From an uncultured delta proteobacterium (GTDB lineage: Bacteria > Myxococcota_A > Polyangia > Polyangiales > Polyangiaceae): a stretch of 64,000 bases of DNA. The position numbers were made by a program, and so were the translations under genes. The stretch spans positions 3,328,001-3,392,000 of the forward strand of contig CAWAIF010000003.1 of assembly GCA_963782055.1 (NCBI GenBank), in the 5' to 3' direction. Within the stretch, counting starts at the first letter, position 1. Every line of letters begins with the position of its first letter. Positions 47,549-58,900 of the stretch are shown here, piece after piece. The notes under the pieces are model-generated. The model was not told where the DNA came from, ran no database searches, and saw only the letters and a program-made list of their open reading frames with translations.

Positions 47549-48532
47549 TCAGCGGCAGTAGCCGTCGATGCAGACGAGGCCGTTGGCGCAGTTCTTCCCG
47601 ATCGTCGGGTCGCAGTCGCTGCCCAGGTTGGAGTCGGAGCCGCACACCTGGTAGCTGCCGCTCTGGGTGGTGACCTGCTTGCAGATGTTGAACTTGTCGG
47701 CGTTCTTGCAGGAGTTCGGCGTGCCGTCGCAGGCGATGTAGCAGTTGTGGCGCAGGCAGATGCTGCCCGTCGCGCAGGCGTCCTGCACGCCCTCCTTCGC
47801 GCAGACGAAGTTGGGCTTCTGGTTGGGCATACAGCCGTCGTTGATGCACACCAGGCCGCCAGAGCAGCTGTTGCCCGCGCCGCACGGGGCGTCGCAGTGG
47901 CCCTGCACGCAGACGTCGCCGCCGGTGCACTGCGCGTTGGTGGTGCAGGGGTTGGGGTTGCCGGTGCACACGCCCTTGCCCAGATCGCACGCGTAACCGG
48001 TGGGGCAGGGGGTGTTGGCGTCGCAGGAGGGGGTGCACACGCCCTGGACGCACTGCTCGTTCGCCCCGCACTGCGTGGCGTCGGCGCACTGATCGGGGGG
48101 GGCGGTGCACTCGCTGTTCAAGCACTTGGCGCCGGCGCCCAGGCCGGAGCACTCGCTGTCGCTGAAGCACCCGGAGTAGCCGGCGTCGGTGCCGCCGTCG
48201 GTGCCGCCGTTGGAGACGCACGCGGCCTGGCCGTTCTGCACCTTGCAGGTGTAGCCGCTCACGCAGCCGTTCTGCGAGCAGTCACCGGGGTGGCAGGTGC
48301 CATCGGAGCCGCAGGTGCTACCCACCGAGCACTGGCTCGGGGCCGAGCAATCGTTGCCACCCGGGGCGAGCTGGCACTGCCCGCTCACGCACTGGTAGCC
48401 GTTGCCGCAGTCGGCATCCGTCCCGCAGTTCTGACCGACGTAGTGTCCGCCGTCGCCGGAGTAGATGGGGCAGCCGCCGAGCAGCGCGATGCCGAGCCCA
48501 CCGAAGAAACACAACGAAAAGAGTCGCTTCAT
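47549..48532 (-). CDS. Cys-rich (disulfide-repeat) surface lipoprotein (327 aa)
   Basis: MKRLF..LLGG-C lipobox; repeated CxxDxDC/CxxGxxCxxGxC modules; GGAG SD. Confidence 0.85.
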   Translation of the reverse strand: MKRLFSLCFFGGLGIALLGGCPIYSGDGGHYVGQNCGTDADCGNGYQCVSGQCQLAPGGNDCSAPSQCSVGSTCGSDGTCHPGDCSQNGCVSGYTCKVQNGQAACVSNGGTDGGTDAGYSGCFSDSECSGLGAGAKCLNSECTAPPDQCADATQCGANEQCVQGVCTPSCDANTPCPTGYACDLGKGVCTGNPNPCTTNAQCTGGDVCVQGHCDAPCGAGNSCSGGLVCINDGCMPNQKPNFVCAKEGVQDACATGSICLRHNCYIACDGTPNSCKNADKFNICKQVTTQSGSYQVCGSDSNLGSDCDPTIGKNCANGLVCIDGYCR

Positions 48533-48580
48533 GGCGTATCGTCTCCGCGACGGCTCCAAGGGCCGCCTGCTCAGCAGTCT

Positions 48581-48595
48581 AGCAATGCGCGTGCC
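48581..48595 (-). promoter_or_regulatory. sigma54 -24/-12 promoter (near-consensus)
   Basis: Minus strand GGCACG-cgca-TTGCT, about 50 nt upstream of the Cys-rich lipoprotein start. Confidence 0.75.
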
Positions 48596-48797
48596 TCGGA
48601 CAATGCGTGGAAGACCTAGGCATTTTTGGGCAGGCCGTGGGGCGCCTGTGCACGGGGGTTCACGCCCGATGTGGACCGTTGGCCTGCTTCTTCGTAACGT
48701 TGGGCGGTCCGGCGCCAACCAAGCCGGGCGGCTGGCACCAGGCCCGTGGCCGGAAGGTTGTCGGCGACTTGCTCTCGTGTGACAAGACCCACGAACG

Positions 48798-51131
48798 ATG
48801 TACGTCCAGTGCGAGCGGTGCAAGACCGAGTATGACTTCGACGACGCGCTCGTCAGCGAGCGCGGCACCACCGTCAAGTGCACTCAGTGCGGCCACCAGT
48901 TCAAGGTGCGCCGGGCGACGGAGGGCACCGGCGACCGCTGGGTGGTGAGCACCGTCTCGGGCAAGACGCTGGTGTTCACCTCGCTGCGCGAGCTGCAGAA
49001 GGCCATCCTGGGCAAGCAGGTGGGGAAGGGCGACTCCCTCGCGCGCGGCGCGGGGCCGCCGCGGCTGCTCGGGGCCATCGCCGAGCTCGAGCCCTTCTTC
49101 GACAAGCGGGCGAGCGTGCCGCCGGGGCACGAGACGCGTCGCACCTCGTCGCGTCCGCCGCCCGGCGCGCAGCCCACCTCGCTCACGCCGCCCAAGCGCG
49201 CAAGCACGCCGCCGCCGCGCGCCCGCATCGACACGCTGCGCCCACCGGTGGACCACGCGGCGGCGATGCCGCCGCCCGCGCCGGCGCCGCGAGCCCCCTC
49301 GATGGACGGACCGCGCACCTCGCCGCTGGCGCAGACGCACGGCCCGACGATGTCCGCGGCCGCCGCGCTCGCCAACACGCTGCAGCACGTCGCGACGACG
49401 CCCGCGCACAGCACGGGCCTGCCGATGCTCCCCCCCGTGCCGTCCGCACCCGACCCGCCCACGCTGCCCGCGCTGGAGCCGACGGAGCCCGCGTTGATGG
49501 TCGGCCCGTCGCACCCTGCCGCGGCGATGGTGGCGCAGGTGGCGCCGCAGACGACGCTGGCCATCCCGCAGCAGGCGATCCAGCAGCAGGCGGCGCGGCA
49601 GCAGGCGGCGCAGCAGCAGCAGGCGGCGCAGCAGCAGACAGCGCAGCGTGTGGCGCCGCCGCCCGGCGTGGAGATGTCCTCGCCGCTGCCGCCGCCCACC
49701 ATGCCCATGCGCGCGCAGGAGGATTCCATCTTCCCCCAGCCGTCGGTGCCCGACGACTATGTGGCGCCGCCGCGTCGCCGTGTGGGCGGCTGGGTGGTCG
49801 CCTTCGTGCTCCTCGCCGGCGTCGGCGTGCTCGGCTGGTTCGTCGCCAAGCCATACCTCGCGCAGCGCGCCAAGCAGACGGCGGCGCTCGCGCCGCTCGA
49901 CCCGCGGGCGCAGCAGTTTCTCACCGAGGGCGAGCGCGCATTCAACGACGGCGACCTGGACGGCGCCAAGGAGGCGTTCGACCGCGCGAGCGGCGTCGCG
50001 GAGAAGGACCCGCGCGTGCTGCTCGACGTCGCGCGCGTCGACGCCGCGCAGGCGGACGTCGCGTGGCTGCGCGTGCGGCTGGTGGACCCGACGGCGGCGG
50101 AGCAGCTCACCCTCGCCAAGAAGGACCTGGACGATCTCTCGGTGAAGGCCGGTCAGGCGGCCGACGCGGCGTTCGCGGCGGCGCCCGACGATCCGGCGGC
50201 GACGCGCGCCAAGATCGACGCGCTGCGCATCGCGGGGGATCTCGCCGGGGCGCGCGCGCTCATCCCCAAGATCACGTCGATCGCCTCGCAGCCGGAGAGC
50301 GCGTACGTGCTCGCCGCGCTGGACCTGTCCGACCCTGGCCCGCCGACGAGCCAGGCGCTCGAGCGGCTGCGCGACGCCGCGGCGAGCGAGGGCAACCTGG
50401 GGCGCGCGCGGGCGGCGCTCGTGTACGCCCTGGCGCGCAACGGCGACACCGCGGGGGCGCGCAGCGAGCTGCAACGTCTGCTCGGACTGCCGCACCATCA
50501 CCCGCTGCAGGCGGCGCTTCGCGACTACGTCGATCGCGCCCCGCAGAGCCCGGTCGGTGACGCCGGGCCGGTCGCCGTGGTGAACGTCAACTCGTTGCCC
50601 GGCGGGGGTGGCGGTGGCGGTGGCGGTGGCGGTGGCGGCAGCGACCCGCGCGTCTTGCTGGAGGAGGCGGACAAGGCCAAGTCGCACGGCGACCTGCTCA
50701 AGGCCAAGGACCTCTACGGCCGCGTGCTGGAGAAGAACCCCAACGACTCGGAGGCGCTGGCCGGGCTGGGCGAGGTCTCCTACGGGCAGCACGACCTGCC
50801 GAACGCGCAGACCTATTACAAGCGCGCGATCGCGGTAAACTCGTCCTTCCTCCCCGCGCTCGTGGGCCTCGCCGACGTGCTCTGGGACTCCGGGGACAAG
50901 GCGGGCGCGATCAAGATGTACAAGGACGTCGTCGATCGCTTCCCGGAGCAGGCGTACCCCGCGCGCGTCAAGACGCGGGCGACGTCGGGCGGCGGCGGGG
51001 GCGGGCAGACGGCCCCGACGGCGACCGCGACGGCGACGGCGACGGCGCCCACCGCGACGGCGACGGCCACCGCGACCGCGACAGCCGCGCCGAGCGCGAC
51101 ATCCGACAAGGGAGCGGGAGACAATCCTTGA
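48798..51131 (+). CDS. Zinc-ribbon (MJ0042-type)/GYF-like, single-TM, periplasmic TPR protein
   Basis: CERC..CTQC; W..G...F.SL.ELQ..I..GAIAELEPFF GYF-like segment; Pro/Gln-rich linker; TM GWVVAFVLLAGVGVLGWFV; TPRs; poly-Gly and TA repeats. Confidence 0.85.
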   Translation: MYVQCERCKTEYDFDDALVSERGTTVKCTQCGHQFKVRRATEGTGDRWVVSTVSGKTLVFTSLRELQKAILGKQVGKGDSLARGAGPPRLLGAIAELEPFFDKRASVPPGHETRRTSSRPPPGAQPTSLTPPKRASTPPPRARIDTLRPPVDHAAAMPPPAPAPRAPSMDGPRTSPLAQTHGPTMSAAAALANTLQHVATTPAHSTGLPMLPPVPSAPDPPTLPALEPTEPALMVGPSHPAAAMVAQVAPQTTLAIPQQAIQQQAARQQAAQQQQAAQQQTAQRVAPPPGVEMSSPLPPPTMPMRAQEDSIFPQPSVPDDYVAPPRRRVGGWVVAFVLLAGVGVLGWFVAKPYLAQRAKQTAALAPLDPRAQQFLTEGERAFNDGDLDGAKEAFDRASGVAEKDPRVLLDVARVDAAQADVAWLRVRLVDPTAAEQLTLAKKDLDDLSVKAGQAADAAFAAAPDDPAATRAKIDALRIAGDLAGARALIPKITSIASQPESAYVLAALDLSDPGPPTSQALERLRDAAASEGNLGRARAALVYALARNGDTAGARSELQRLLGLPHHHPLQAALRDYVDRAPQSPVGDAGPVAVVNVNSLPGGGGGGGGGGGGGSDPRVLLEEADKAKSHGDLLKAKDLYGRVLEKNPNDSEALAGLGEVSYGQHDLPNAQTYYKRAIAVNSSFLPALVGLADVLWDSGDKAGAIKMYKDVVDRFPEQAYPARVKTRATSGGGGGGQTAPTATATATATAPTATATATATATAAPSATSDKGAGDNP

Positions 51132-52939
51132 CCCATCAACGAATTGGCGTGGCCCGTGGGGTTCTCTTCGCCGCCGCCCTCGCCGCGGCGGCGTGCGAGG
51201 GCCGTCCGCAGGCGGGAGGCAGCTACGGCGCCAAGAGCACGCCGCGCTCCGGGCCGGCCGTGGTGGTGCTGGACCTCTCGGTGGGGATCCCCGAAAAGGA
51301 GCAGGCGGGACTGCTCGGCCCGGCGCCAGGGCGGCGCCGCAGCTTCGACTCCCTGCTCAAGACCATCGACCAGGCCCGCCACGACAAGAGCACGCGCGGC
51401 TTCTACGTCCACTTCGGCCAGACGACCTTCGGCCTGGCGCGCGCGCAGGAGCTCGGCGAGAAGCTTGCGGGGGTGCGCAAGGACCAGCCGGTGTACTGCC
51501 AGGCCGACGCGCTGGACAACGCGACGCTCATGGCTGCCGCGCTCGGCTGCTCCAAGATCTACGTCGCGCCGGCGGGTGAGGTCGCCGCGGTCGGCATCGC
51601 CGCGCAGATGATCTACATGCGCAAGCTGCTCGCCGACGAGCTGCACCTGTCCATCGACATGCTGCAGGTCGGCAAGTTCAAGGGCGCCGAGGAGCCGCTC
51701 ACCCGCGACGGCCCCAGCGACGAGGCGCGCCAGTCGCTGGAGAGCGTGCTCGTGGACCTGCGGCGCGCTTGGCTGGAGGGCATCGCCAAGGGGCGCGCCG
51801 GTCAGCAGGGCGCGGCCGTGGCCGCGGAGGACGGCCCCTTCTCCGCGCCGGGCGCGAAGGCGCGCGGCCTCATCGACGAGGTCGGCTACGACGACGACGC
51901 GCTCGAGGCCGCCAAGAAGGCGTGCGGCGCGGTGCGCTCGGTGGTGCGCTACGGCTCCGGCGCGCACGCCGCGGGCCCGGCGGTGGACGACGTGCTCCGC
52001 ATCTTCGCCGGGGACGAGAGCTCCGAGCCGCAGGTCATGGTGCTGCGCGCGGTGGGCAGCATCTCGTCGGGGGGCGGGAGCCTCTTCGGCGACAGCGGCA
52101 TCACCGACAGGGAGCTGGTCCGGCGCGCCAAGCGCGCCGCCGACGACGACGCCATCAAGGCGGTGGTGCTGCGCATCGACTCGCCTGGCGGAAGCGCGCT
52201 GGCGAGCGACCTCATCTGGCACGCGCTGATGAAGCTGCGCGAGAAGAAGCCGCTGGTGGTGAGCGTGGGCGGCATGGCGGCGAGCGGCGGCTACTACCTC
52301 GCGTCGACCGGCAACGAGATCTTCGCCGAGCCGACGAGCATCGTGGGGTCCATCGGCGTGGTGGGCGGCAAGGTCGCCGTCGGCGACGCCCTCGAGCAGA
52401 TCGGCGTTCACGCCGAGACCTTCTCCGCCAAGCCGGGGGACCCGGCGGCGGCGACGCGCGCGGGCTACGAGTCGCCCCTCATCGCGTGGGACGACGCGAC
52501 CCGGCAGCGCGTCTTCGAGTCGATGAAGGGGATCTACGACCTCTTTCTCTCGCGCGTCGCGGAGGGTCGCAAGACGACGGTCGACAAGATCGCCGTCTCC
52601 GCCGAGGGCCGCATCTTCAGCGGGACCGAGGGCAAGGCCCGCGGCCTCGTCGACACCCTGGGCGGGCTCGATGCCGCCATCGCGCGGGCGCGCGTGCTCG
52701 GCGGCCTGCCCCCCGACGCGCCGGCGCGCGTGTACTCCCCGACGCCCAAGTGGGTCGAGCTGCTCGGCGGTCAGGACGACGGGGTGAAGGCTCCGGTGTC
52801 CGGCCTGACGGGCCCGGTGGACCTCTCCTGGATCGCCCGCGCCGCGCCCGACATCGTGCCGTACGCGAGCAGCCTGCTCCCGCTCGCTACCGGGGAGCAC
52901 TCGCTCTGCGCGCTGCCCTTCGCCCTGCGCATCCGGTAG
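51128..52939 (+). CDS. sppA: Signal peptide peptidase SppA (protease IV, S49), probable lipoprotein
   Basis: GKFKGAEEP (Lys), LRIDSPGGSALAS, AASGGYY (Ser), GSIGV, EGRIFSG..GLVDTLGG; lipobox-like AAA-C; TTG overlaps the upstream stop. Confidence 0.88.
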   Translation: MTHQRIGVARGVLFAAALAAAACEGRPQAGGSYGAKSTPRSGPAVVVLDLSVGIPEKEQAGLLGPAPGRRRSFDSLLKTIDQARHDKSTRGFYVHFGQTTFGLARAQELGEKLAGVRKDQPVYCQADALDNATLMAAALGCSKIYVAPAGEVAAVGIAAQMIYMRKLLADELHLSIDMLQVGKFKGAEEPLTRDGPSDEARQSLESVLVDLRRAWLEGIAKGRAGQQGAAVAAEDGPFSAPGAKARGLIDEVGYDDDALEAAKKACGAVRSVVRYGSGAHAAGPAVDDVLRIFAGDESSEPQVMVLRAVGSISSGGGSLFGDSGITDRELVRRAKRAADDDAIKAVVLRIDSPGGSALASDLIWHALMKLREKKPLVVSVGGMAASGGYYLASTGNEIFAEPTSIVGSIGVVGGKVAVGDALEQIGVHAETFSAKPGDPAAATRAGYESPLIAWDDATRQRVFESMKGIYDLFLSRVAEGRKTTVDKIAVSAEGRIFSGTEGKARGLVDTLGGLDAAIARARVLGGLPPDAPARVYSPTPKWVELLGGQDDGVKAPVSGLTGPVDLSWIARAAPDIVPYASSLLPLATGEHSLCALPFALRIR

Positions 52940-52981
52940 GGCGCAGAGGTCCTCGAATCCGGTGGTATCGTTCGTCCCGGC

Positions 52982-55900
52982 ATGAGCGGCGACGAGACCA
53001 ACGTCCACACGCGCATCACGCTGCCGCCGCCGGAGTACATGCCGGCGCCGGCCGCGCAGGAGGGCGGATTCACGATCGAGCCGCTCTCCCGCCATGATGG
53101 ACGGAAGGCGGAGGAGGCGAGCCTGCGGGCCGAGCTGGACGCGGCGCGTGGCAGCGGGGACGCGGAGGCGGAGCTGCGGGCGGCGGCCGGGCTGGCGCGG
53201 CACCTCGCGGCGCGCGAGCGCGACGTCGACGAGGCGGTGGAGCTGGGCCTGCGCGCGCTGGACCTCGGCGAGGACGGGGAGCTGCGCAAGGAGGTGGCCG
53301 GCTGGCTGGAGAGCCTGGGCGAGCCGGGGACGGCGGCGGCCGTCCTGCGGAGGCTCGCCGCCCAGGACGGCGCGCAGGGCGGCGCGACGATGGTGCGCGC
53401 CGGGGTGCTGCTGGCGCGCGCTGGCGACGCGCGCGGGGCGGCCGCGGCCTTCGACGAGGCCGCGAGGCTGGATGCGGCGGACGCCATGGCGCTGGAGCTC
53501 AAGGCGGCGCTCTGCGGCTGGGCCGCGGAGGTGGTGGGGTCCCGGGCGGCCTCGCGCGCGTACGTGGACGCCGCGGCGCGCCGGCGAGAGGCGGGCGCGC
53601 TGCCGGCGGAGCTGGAGGACCTGCTGCGCGCCTTCGAGGCGGAGCCCTCCAGCGAGCTGGCGGCCCGCAGCCTGGCGATGGGCTTCGTCGAGCGCGGCAA
53701 GCCTCACGTGGAGGCGGAGGTGTGGCGGGCGCACGCGGCGGAGCTGGAGGGTCCCCCGCAGCGGCTGGTGCTCGTGCGGCGGATGCACGAGGCGCTGCGC
53801 GCCCACGACCTGCTGGGCGCGCTCGGCGCGGCGCTCGACGCGCACCTGGACGGCGTGCTCGAGGGCGACAACGCCGCGGCCTTCGACGACGTACTCTTGC
53901 GCATCGGTCTGCTCGAGCCGCTGGCGGCGCGCCTTGAGGTGGAGGCGGAGCGGCTGGAGGCGGAGGACCGGGCGCGCGCCGTCGAGCAGCTCGCCCAGCT
54001 CTTCGCGGGACCACTCGCCAGCGCGGACAGGGCGGCGGTGCAGTACGTGCGCATCTTGGCGGAGCACCCGGAGCGCTCGGAGGCCGTGGAGGCGCTGCGC
54101 GCGCGGGCGGCTGCCGGCGACCGCGTCGCGCTGGTGGAGGGGCTGGTGCGGGGCGCGGCCGCGCGATCGGCGGACAGCGCGGGTCGCGCGCGGTGCGCGC
54201 GGCTGCTGGCGCAGCTCGCCGACGAGGAGCTCCGGTCGCCGCAGCTCGCCGCGTGGGCATTCGGGATGCTGGCGGAGGCTGAGCCGGAGGACGCGGCGGC
54301 CCATGCCGCGGCGGAGCGGCTGGCCGTACGCGTGGGCGACACCGCCGAGCGAGCCGCCTTCCGGAGCGCCCTGGAGGCGGAGCTCGGCAAGGAGGCGCGG
54401 CGGCTCGGCCTGGGCCGGTGGCTGCTCAAGATGGAGCTGCAGGCGCCGGACGAGACGGAGGCGCGCGCCGCGCTCGCCGCGACGGCCCGCGCCCGCGGGG
54501 ACGTGGAGGAGGCGGCGGCGATCACCGCGCCTCTGCTGGACAAGCCCGCGCCGACGCCGCGCGACGTCAGCATCGCGTGGGTCGGCGCGGCGCACGCCCG
54601 CGACCCGCGCACGAGGGCGCGCGCGCTGGAGGCGCTCGCGCCCTCGGCCGCGCCGCAGGTCGCCGCGCTGCTCCTCGCCGTCGCCGCCGACGGCTACGCC
54701 GCCGCCGGCGACGCGGCCGCGGCGCGTCGCGCGGCGGAGCACGCGTGTCAGGCGGATCCGGGGTCGGTGCGGGCGGTGGTCGCGCTCGCCCGCGCGAGCG
54801 CGGGCGAGCGGGACCGCACGTCGGCGTCGGCGCTGGAGCGCGGGCTCACCGTGTCCTTCGCGAGAGGCTCGCTCTGCGAGGCGCTCGCGTCGGCGCTGGA
54901 GCAGCTCGGCGAGACGGACTACGCGGTCGCCTGGACGCAGCGCCTGGTGGCGCTGCGGCCGGGCGACCTGGGGACGACGCGCGCGCTCGTGCGCCGCGTG
55001 GCCGCGGCGCAGGACGCCTCGCGGCTGATGGACACGCTGCTGTGGCTGCTGCCGCAGCCACAGCCGGCGGGTCCGCTCGGCGATCTCGATCGCCGAGGGT
55101 CTGGTCGCGCTCTCGGAGCTCGAGCCGGCGCGCGCGGCGGCGGTCGCGCGGCGCACGCTCGACGCTTTGGGGTCGCGCCACGACGGCCTGCGCGCCGCCA
55201 TCCACACGTGCGCTGCGCGCGCGCGCGACGGCGCCCTGGCGGCGGCGGAGCTGGCGCGCCGTATCGCCGCCCAGACCACCCCCTCCGAGCGCCCGGCGCT
55301 GCGAATCGAGCTCGCGCGCATGCGTCTGGAGCTGGGCGAGCCGGAGGCCGCCGCGCGGCAGGTGGTGCTCGCGCTCCGCCACGGGTTCGATCCGCTCGAC
55401 GCCGTCGATCTGATCGCCGGCCTGGAGGGCGCCGCCGCGTCCCCCGACGGCGAGCTGTGGCTCGCCGAGGCGCGCGCCTGGCAGCTCGCCGCGGAAGCCG
55501 ACGCCGCCCCCGCCCCGCTCTCGCGGCGCGCGGTCGCCCGTCCTCCCTCGACGCGCGGCGGGCCCGCGGAGGCGTCGGCGCGCGCGTGGCGTGCGCTCGG
55601 CGGCGCCCGCTGGGATCTCGCCGCGGACCGGCGCGGCGCCGAGGAGGCGTGGCTCCGCGCGGCGCGCGTGGCCCCGTCGGGCGGCTACCTCGCGCTCGGC
55701 GTGGACCTGGCGAGCTTCGCGGGGGCGCGCCCTGCGCTGGAGCGCCTCAACGAGCTCATCGCGCTGGAGCGCGATCCGGTGCGCGCCGGCGCCATCGCGG
55801 GGGAGGCGGCGCGCGCGGCCCTCGCCGTCGGGGAGCCCGCGCGGGCGATGGAGCTCGCCGAGACCGCCCTGGCGAAGAACCCGATGCTCGCCGGCGCGGT

Positions 55901-58900
55901 GGAGATCGCCGAGCGCGGCGCGCTGGAGGCGGGTACGGTGCGCGACATGTCGCGCGTCTACGAGACGCTCGGCTCGCAGGCGCGCGGCCGCTTTGGACGC
56001 CGCGCGGCGCACTACCGCGGCGCGCGCTTCTTCGAGCAGCGCGGGGAGGTGCAGCTCGCGATGAAGCACGCGGCGCAGGCGTTCGCCGCGGTGCCCTCGG
56101 AGGGCGCGACCTTCCTTCTGCTCGCGCGCATCGCCTCCAAGGCGGGCGACCCCTCCTACGCCGTGCACGCCATCGAGGAGGTGGCGGAGACGGCGCAGAG
56201 CCGCCGGGCGCGCGCGAGCTGGCTCCTCCGCGCGGCGAGCGTGGCGGGCAGCGGCGAGGAGGGCGTGCGGGTGCGCGTCGACGTCCTGCTCAAGGCCGCG
56301 TTCCTGCAGCCGACGCCCAGCACGCTGGCGCTCCTCGCGGACGCCGCCCGCGCTCTCATCGCTCGCCTGCCGGAGGAGCGCTCGCTCTTGCAGGTGCGGC
56401 TCACGCGGGCGAGCGCCGCGCTCGCCAAGCGGCTCGCGGGGCCGGACGGCGCGCGTGTGGCGCTCTCCTTCGCCAGGCTGGCGCTGGAGCTGTTCGACGA
56501 CGCCGGCGGCGCCGTGCAGGCGCTGGAGCGCGCCTTCGCGTCGGACGCCGACATCGAGGAGTACCTTGAGCTGCTGCCGCTGGCGCCACGGCTCGCCACG
56601 GCGCCGGACGCCCCCGCGGTGCTCGCGCGCGGCCTGGATCTGGTCGATCAGCCGTACAGCAACGTGGGGGTGCCGGCGCTGCGTCTGCTCGGCGCGGTCG
56701 CCGCCGCGCGCGAGGACACGCCCACCGCGGCGCGGTTCCTCATGCTGGCCGCGGAGCGCGAGAGCGACGACGATGCCCTGGTGCGCGAGGCGGACCTGGC
56801 GGCGGCCACGGCCTCCGGTCCCACGCGGGAGCGCTTCGAGAAGCGCATCCCGGCGGCGCGCCGGGCCGAGGTGCACGCCGCCTTCGCGGAGTCGGAGCGG
56901 CTGGCCGGGCGCCTCGAGTCGGCGATCGGTGCGCTGGAGCGCGCGTCGGCGCTGGCGGAGGGCGAGGAGAAGAAGGCCCTGGAGACACGCACGAACGAGA
57001 TCTACGAGGCCAGCGGGCGGGCCGACGAGCTGGTGCGCCGCGCCCTCGCCGAGGCGCAGGATCCCGAGCGCCTGCCCGTCGACCGCGCGGCGCGGTGGAC
57101 GGAGATCGCGGCCAACCGGGAGGCGCGCGGGGACGTCGTCGGGGCGGTGGAGGCGCTGCACGAGGCCGCTCACCTCGATCCGGAGCCGCTGGAGCGCTGG
57201 AGCCAGCTGGAGCGCGTCTCGGCGATGGCGGGCACCCACGAGGCGCGGGTGGAGGCGCTGCGCGAGATCGAGGTCCGCGTCGCGACCGACGCGCGCCCGG
57301 CGGTGCTGCGACGGCTCGCCCGCGCGCTGGAGGAGACGGCCGACCTGCGGGCGGTGGAGCAGACGTGGCAGCGCATCCTGGAGCTGCAGCCGGACGACGA
57401 GGAAGCGGACCGGGCCATCGAGGACATCGTCGCGCGGGAAGGGGACCACGCGCGTCTGGCGGCACACCTGGCGCGGCGGGCGGACCGCCTTGCACGTTAC
57501 CCCGAGCACCGCGAGACGCTGCGCGTGGTGCGGCTGCGCCGCGCGGCGATCCTGGAGCAGCGCCTCGGGCAGGTGCAGCAGGCGTGCGAGGAGCTCAAGC
57601 GCGTGGTGGCGGAGTGGCCCAACAACGAGAGCGCCCTGCGTTACCTGGGCGACCTGCTGGAGCGCGAGGGAGATCACATCGCCGCCATCCCGGTGTGGCG
57701 TCACCTGGCGAGCCTGGCCGCGGACGAGACCTCGCGCGCCGAGCTGATCGTGCGCGCGGCGCACGCCGCGCGCTCGGCGAACGACGTCGCGCGCGCGGAG
57801 GAGCTGGCGCGCTCGGTGCTGGTGCGATCGCCCGGGCACAGGGAGGCGCTGGAGCTCATCGTGGAGATCGCCCGCGAGCGCGGGGACCACGCGGCGCTGG
57901 CCGACGCGCTGGCGGCGCTGGCGGGCGGACCGGGTGAGGACCCGGGGCAGCGGGGTGAGTGGCTGGTGGAGGCGGCGCAGTCGGCGGCGCGCTCGGGGGA
58001 CGCGCAGTCGGCGCTGGGTCACGCGCAGCGCGCGGCGGAGATCGCCCCGACGCGCGCGGCCACGCAGCTCTTCGCGCGGGGGCTGGAGTATCGCGTGCGC
58101 GGCCCGGGCAACGCGGAGGACGCGCGCCGCACGCTCGCCGAGCTGGACCGCGTCGAGGACGCGATGACGGGCGACGATCTGGCGCTCTCGTTGTTCTTGC
58201 GGGCCGAGGCGCTGGACGTCGCCCAGGGCGGCGACGCGGGCCTGGTGTCGCTGCAGCGCGCCTCGGGGGAGGCCGCGGAACACCCGCTCGTACAGGTGGC
58301 GATCGCCGAGCGGCTGGTGGCCAAGTGGCAGTTCGCCGAGGCGCTCCCGCACTACGAGAGCGCCCTCGCGGGGAACCTGCTCGGCCTGCGCGTCCCGTCG
58401 ATGGTGGCGCTGGAGGCGGCGGAGGCGGCGTCGCGCGCGGAGCGGCCGGAGGAGGCGATCGCCTTGCTGCAGCGCGCGGCCGACGACCCTGCGGCACGCG
58501 AGCCCGCGCTGAAGAAGCTGGCGCACGTGGCCGCCGTGATGGGCGACGCCCCGCGCGCCCGCGAGGCGCTGGAGTCGTTGCTGCGGACGGGGAGCGGCGA
58601 CCGCGCGGCGACGCTGGCGCAGCTGGGCCGGCTGCTGTTCGCGGTCCCGGGCGAGCGCGAGGCGGCGAGCGCGGCGTTCCGCGAGGCCATGGAGGCCGCG
58701 CCGGCGGACAGCGTGCTGCGCGCGCAGCTGGAGGCGGAGCTGGGGGCACTGACGCTGCGGCGGTCGGGGCAGATGGCGGCGGAGTCGGTGCCGCGGAGCG
58801 ACAGCGCGCCGGCCCCGGCGCCGCTGGAAGAGGGGGCGTCGCTCGGGCAGCTCGCCTCCTCGGTGGCGGAGGCGCCGCCGGGGCCGGACCGCACGCGGGC

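Noticed and set aside
50600..51095. GGTGGC and ACGGCG hexamer repeats as phase-variation tracts
   Set aside because: In-frame, codon-degenerate poly-Gly and Thr-Ala linkers; length change would not shift the frame.
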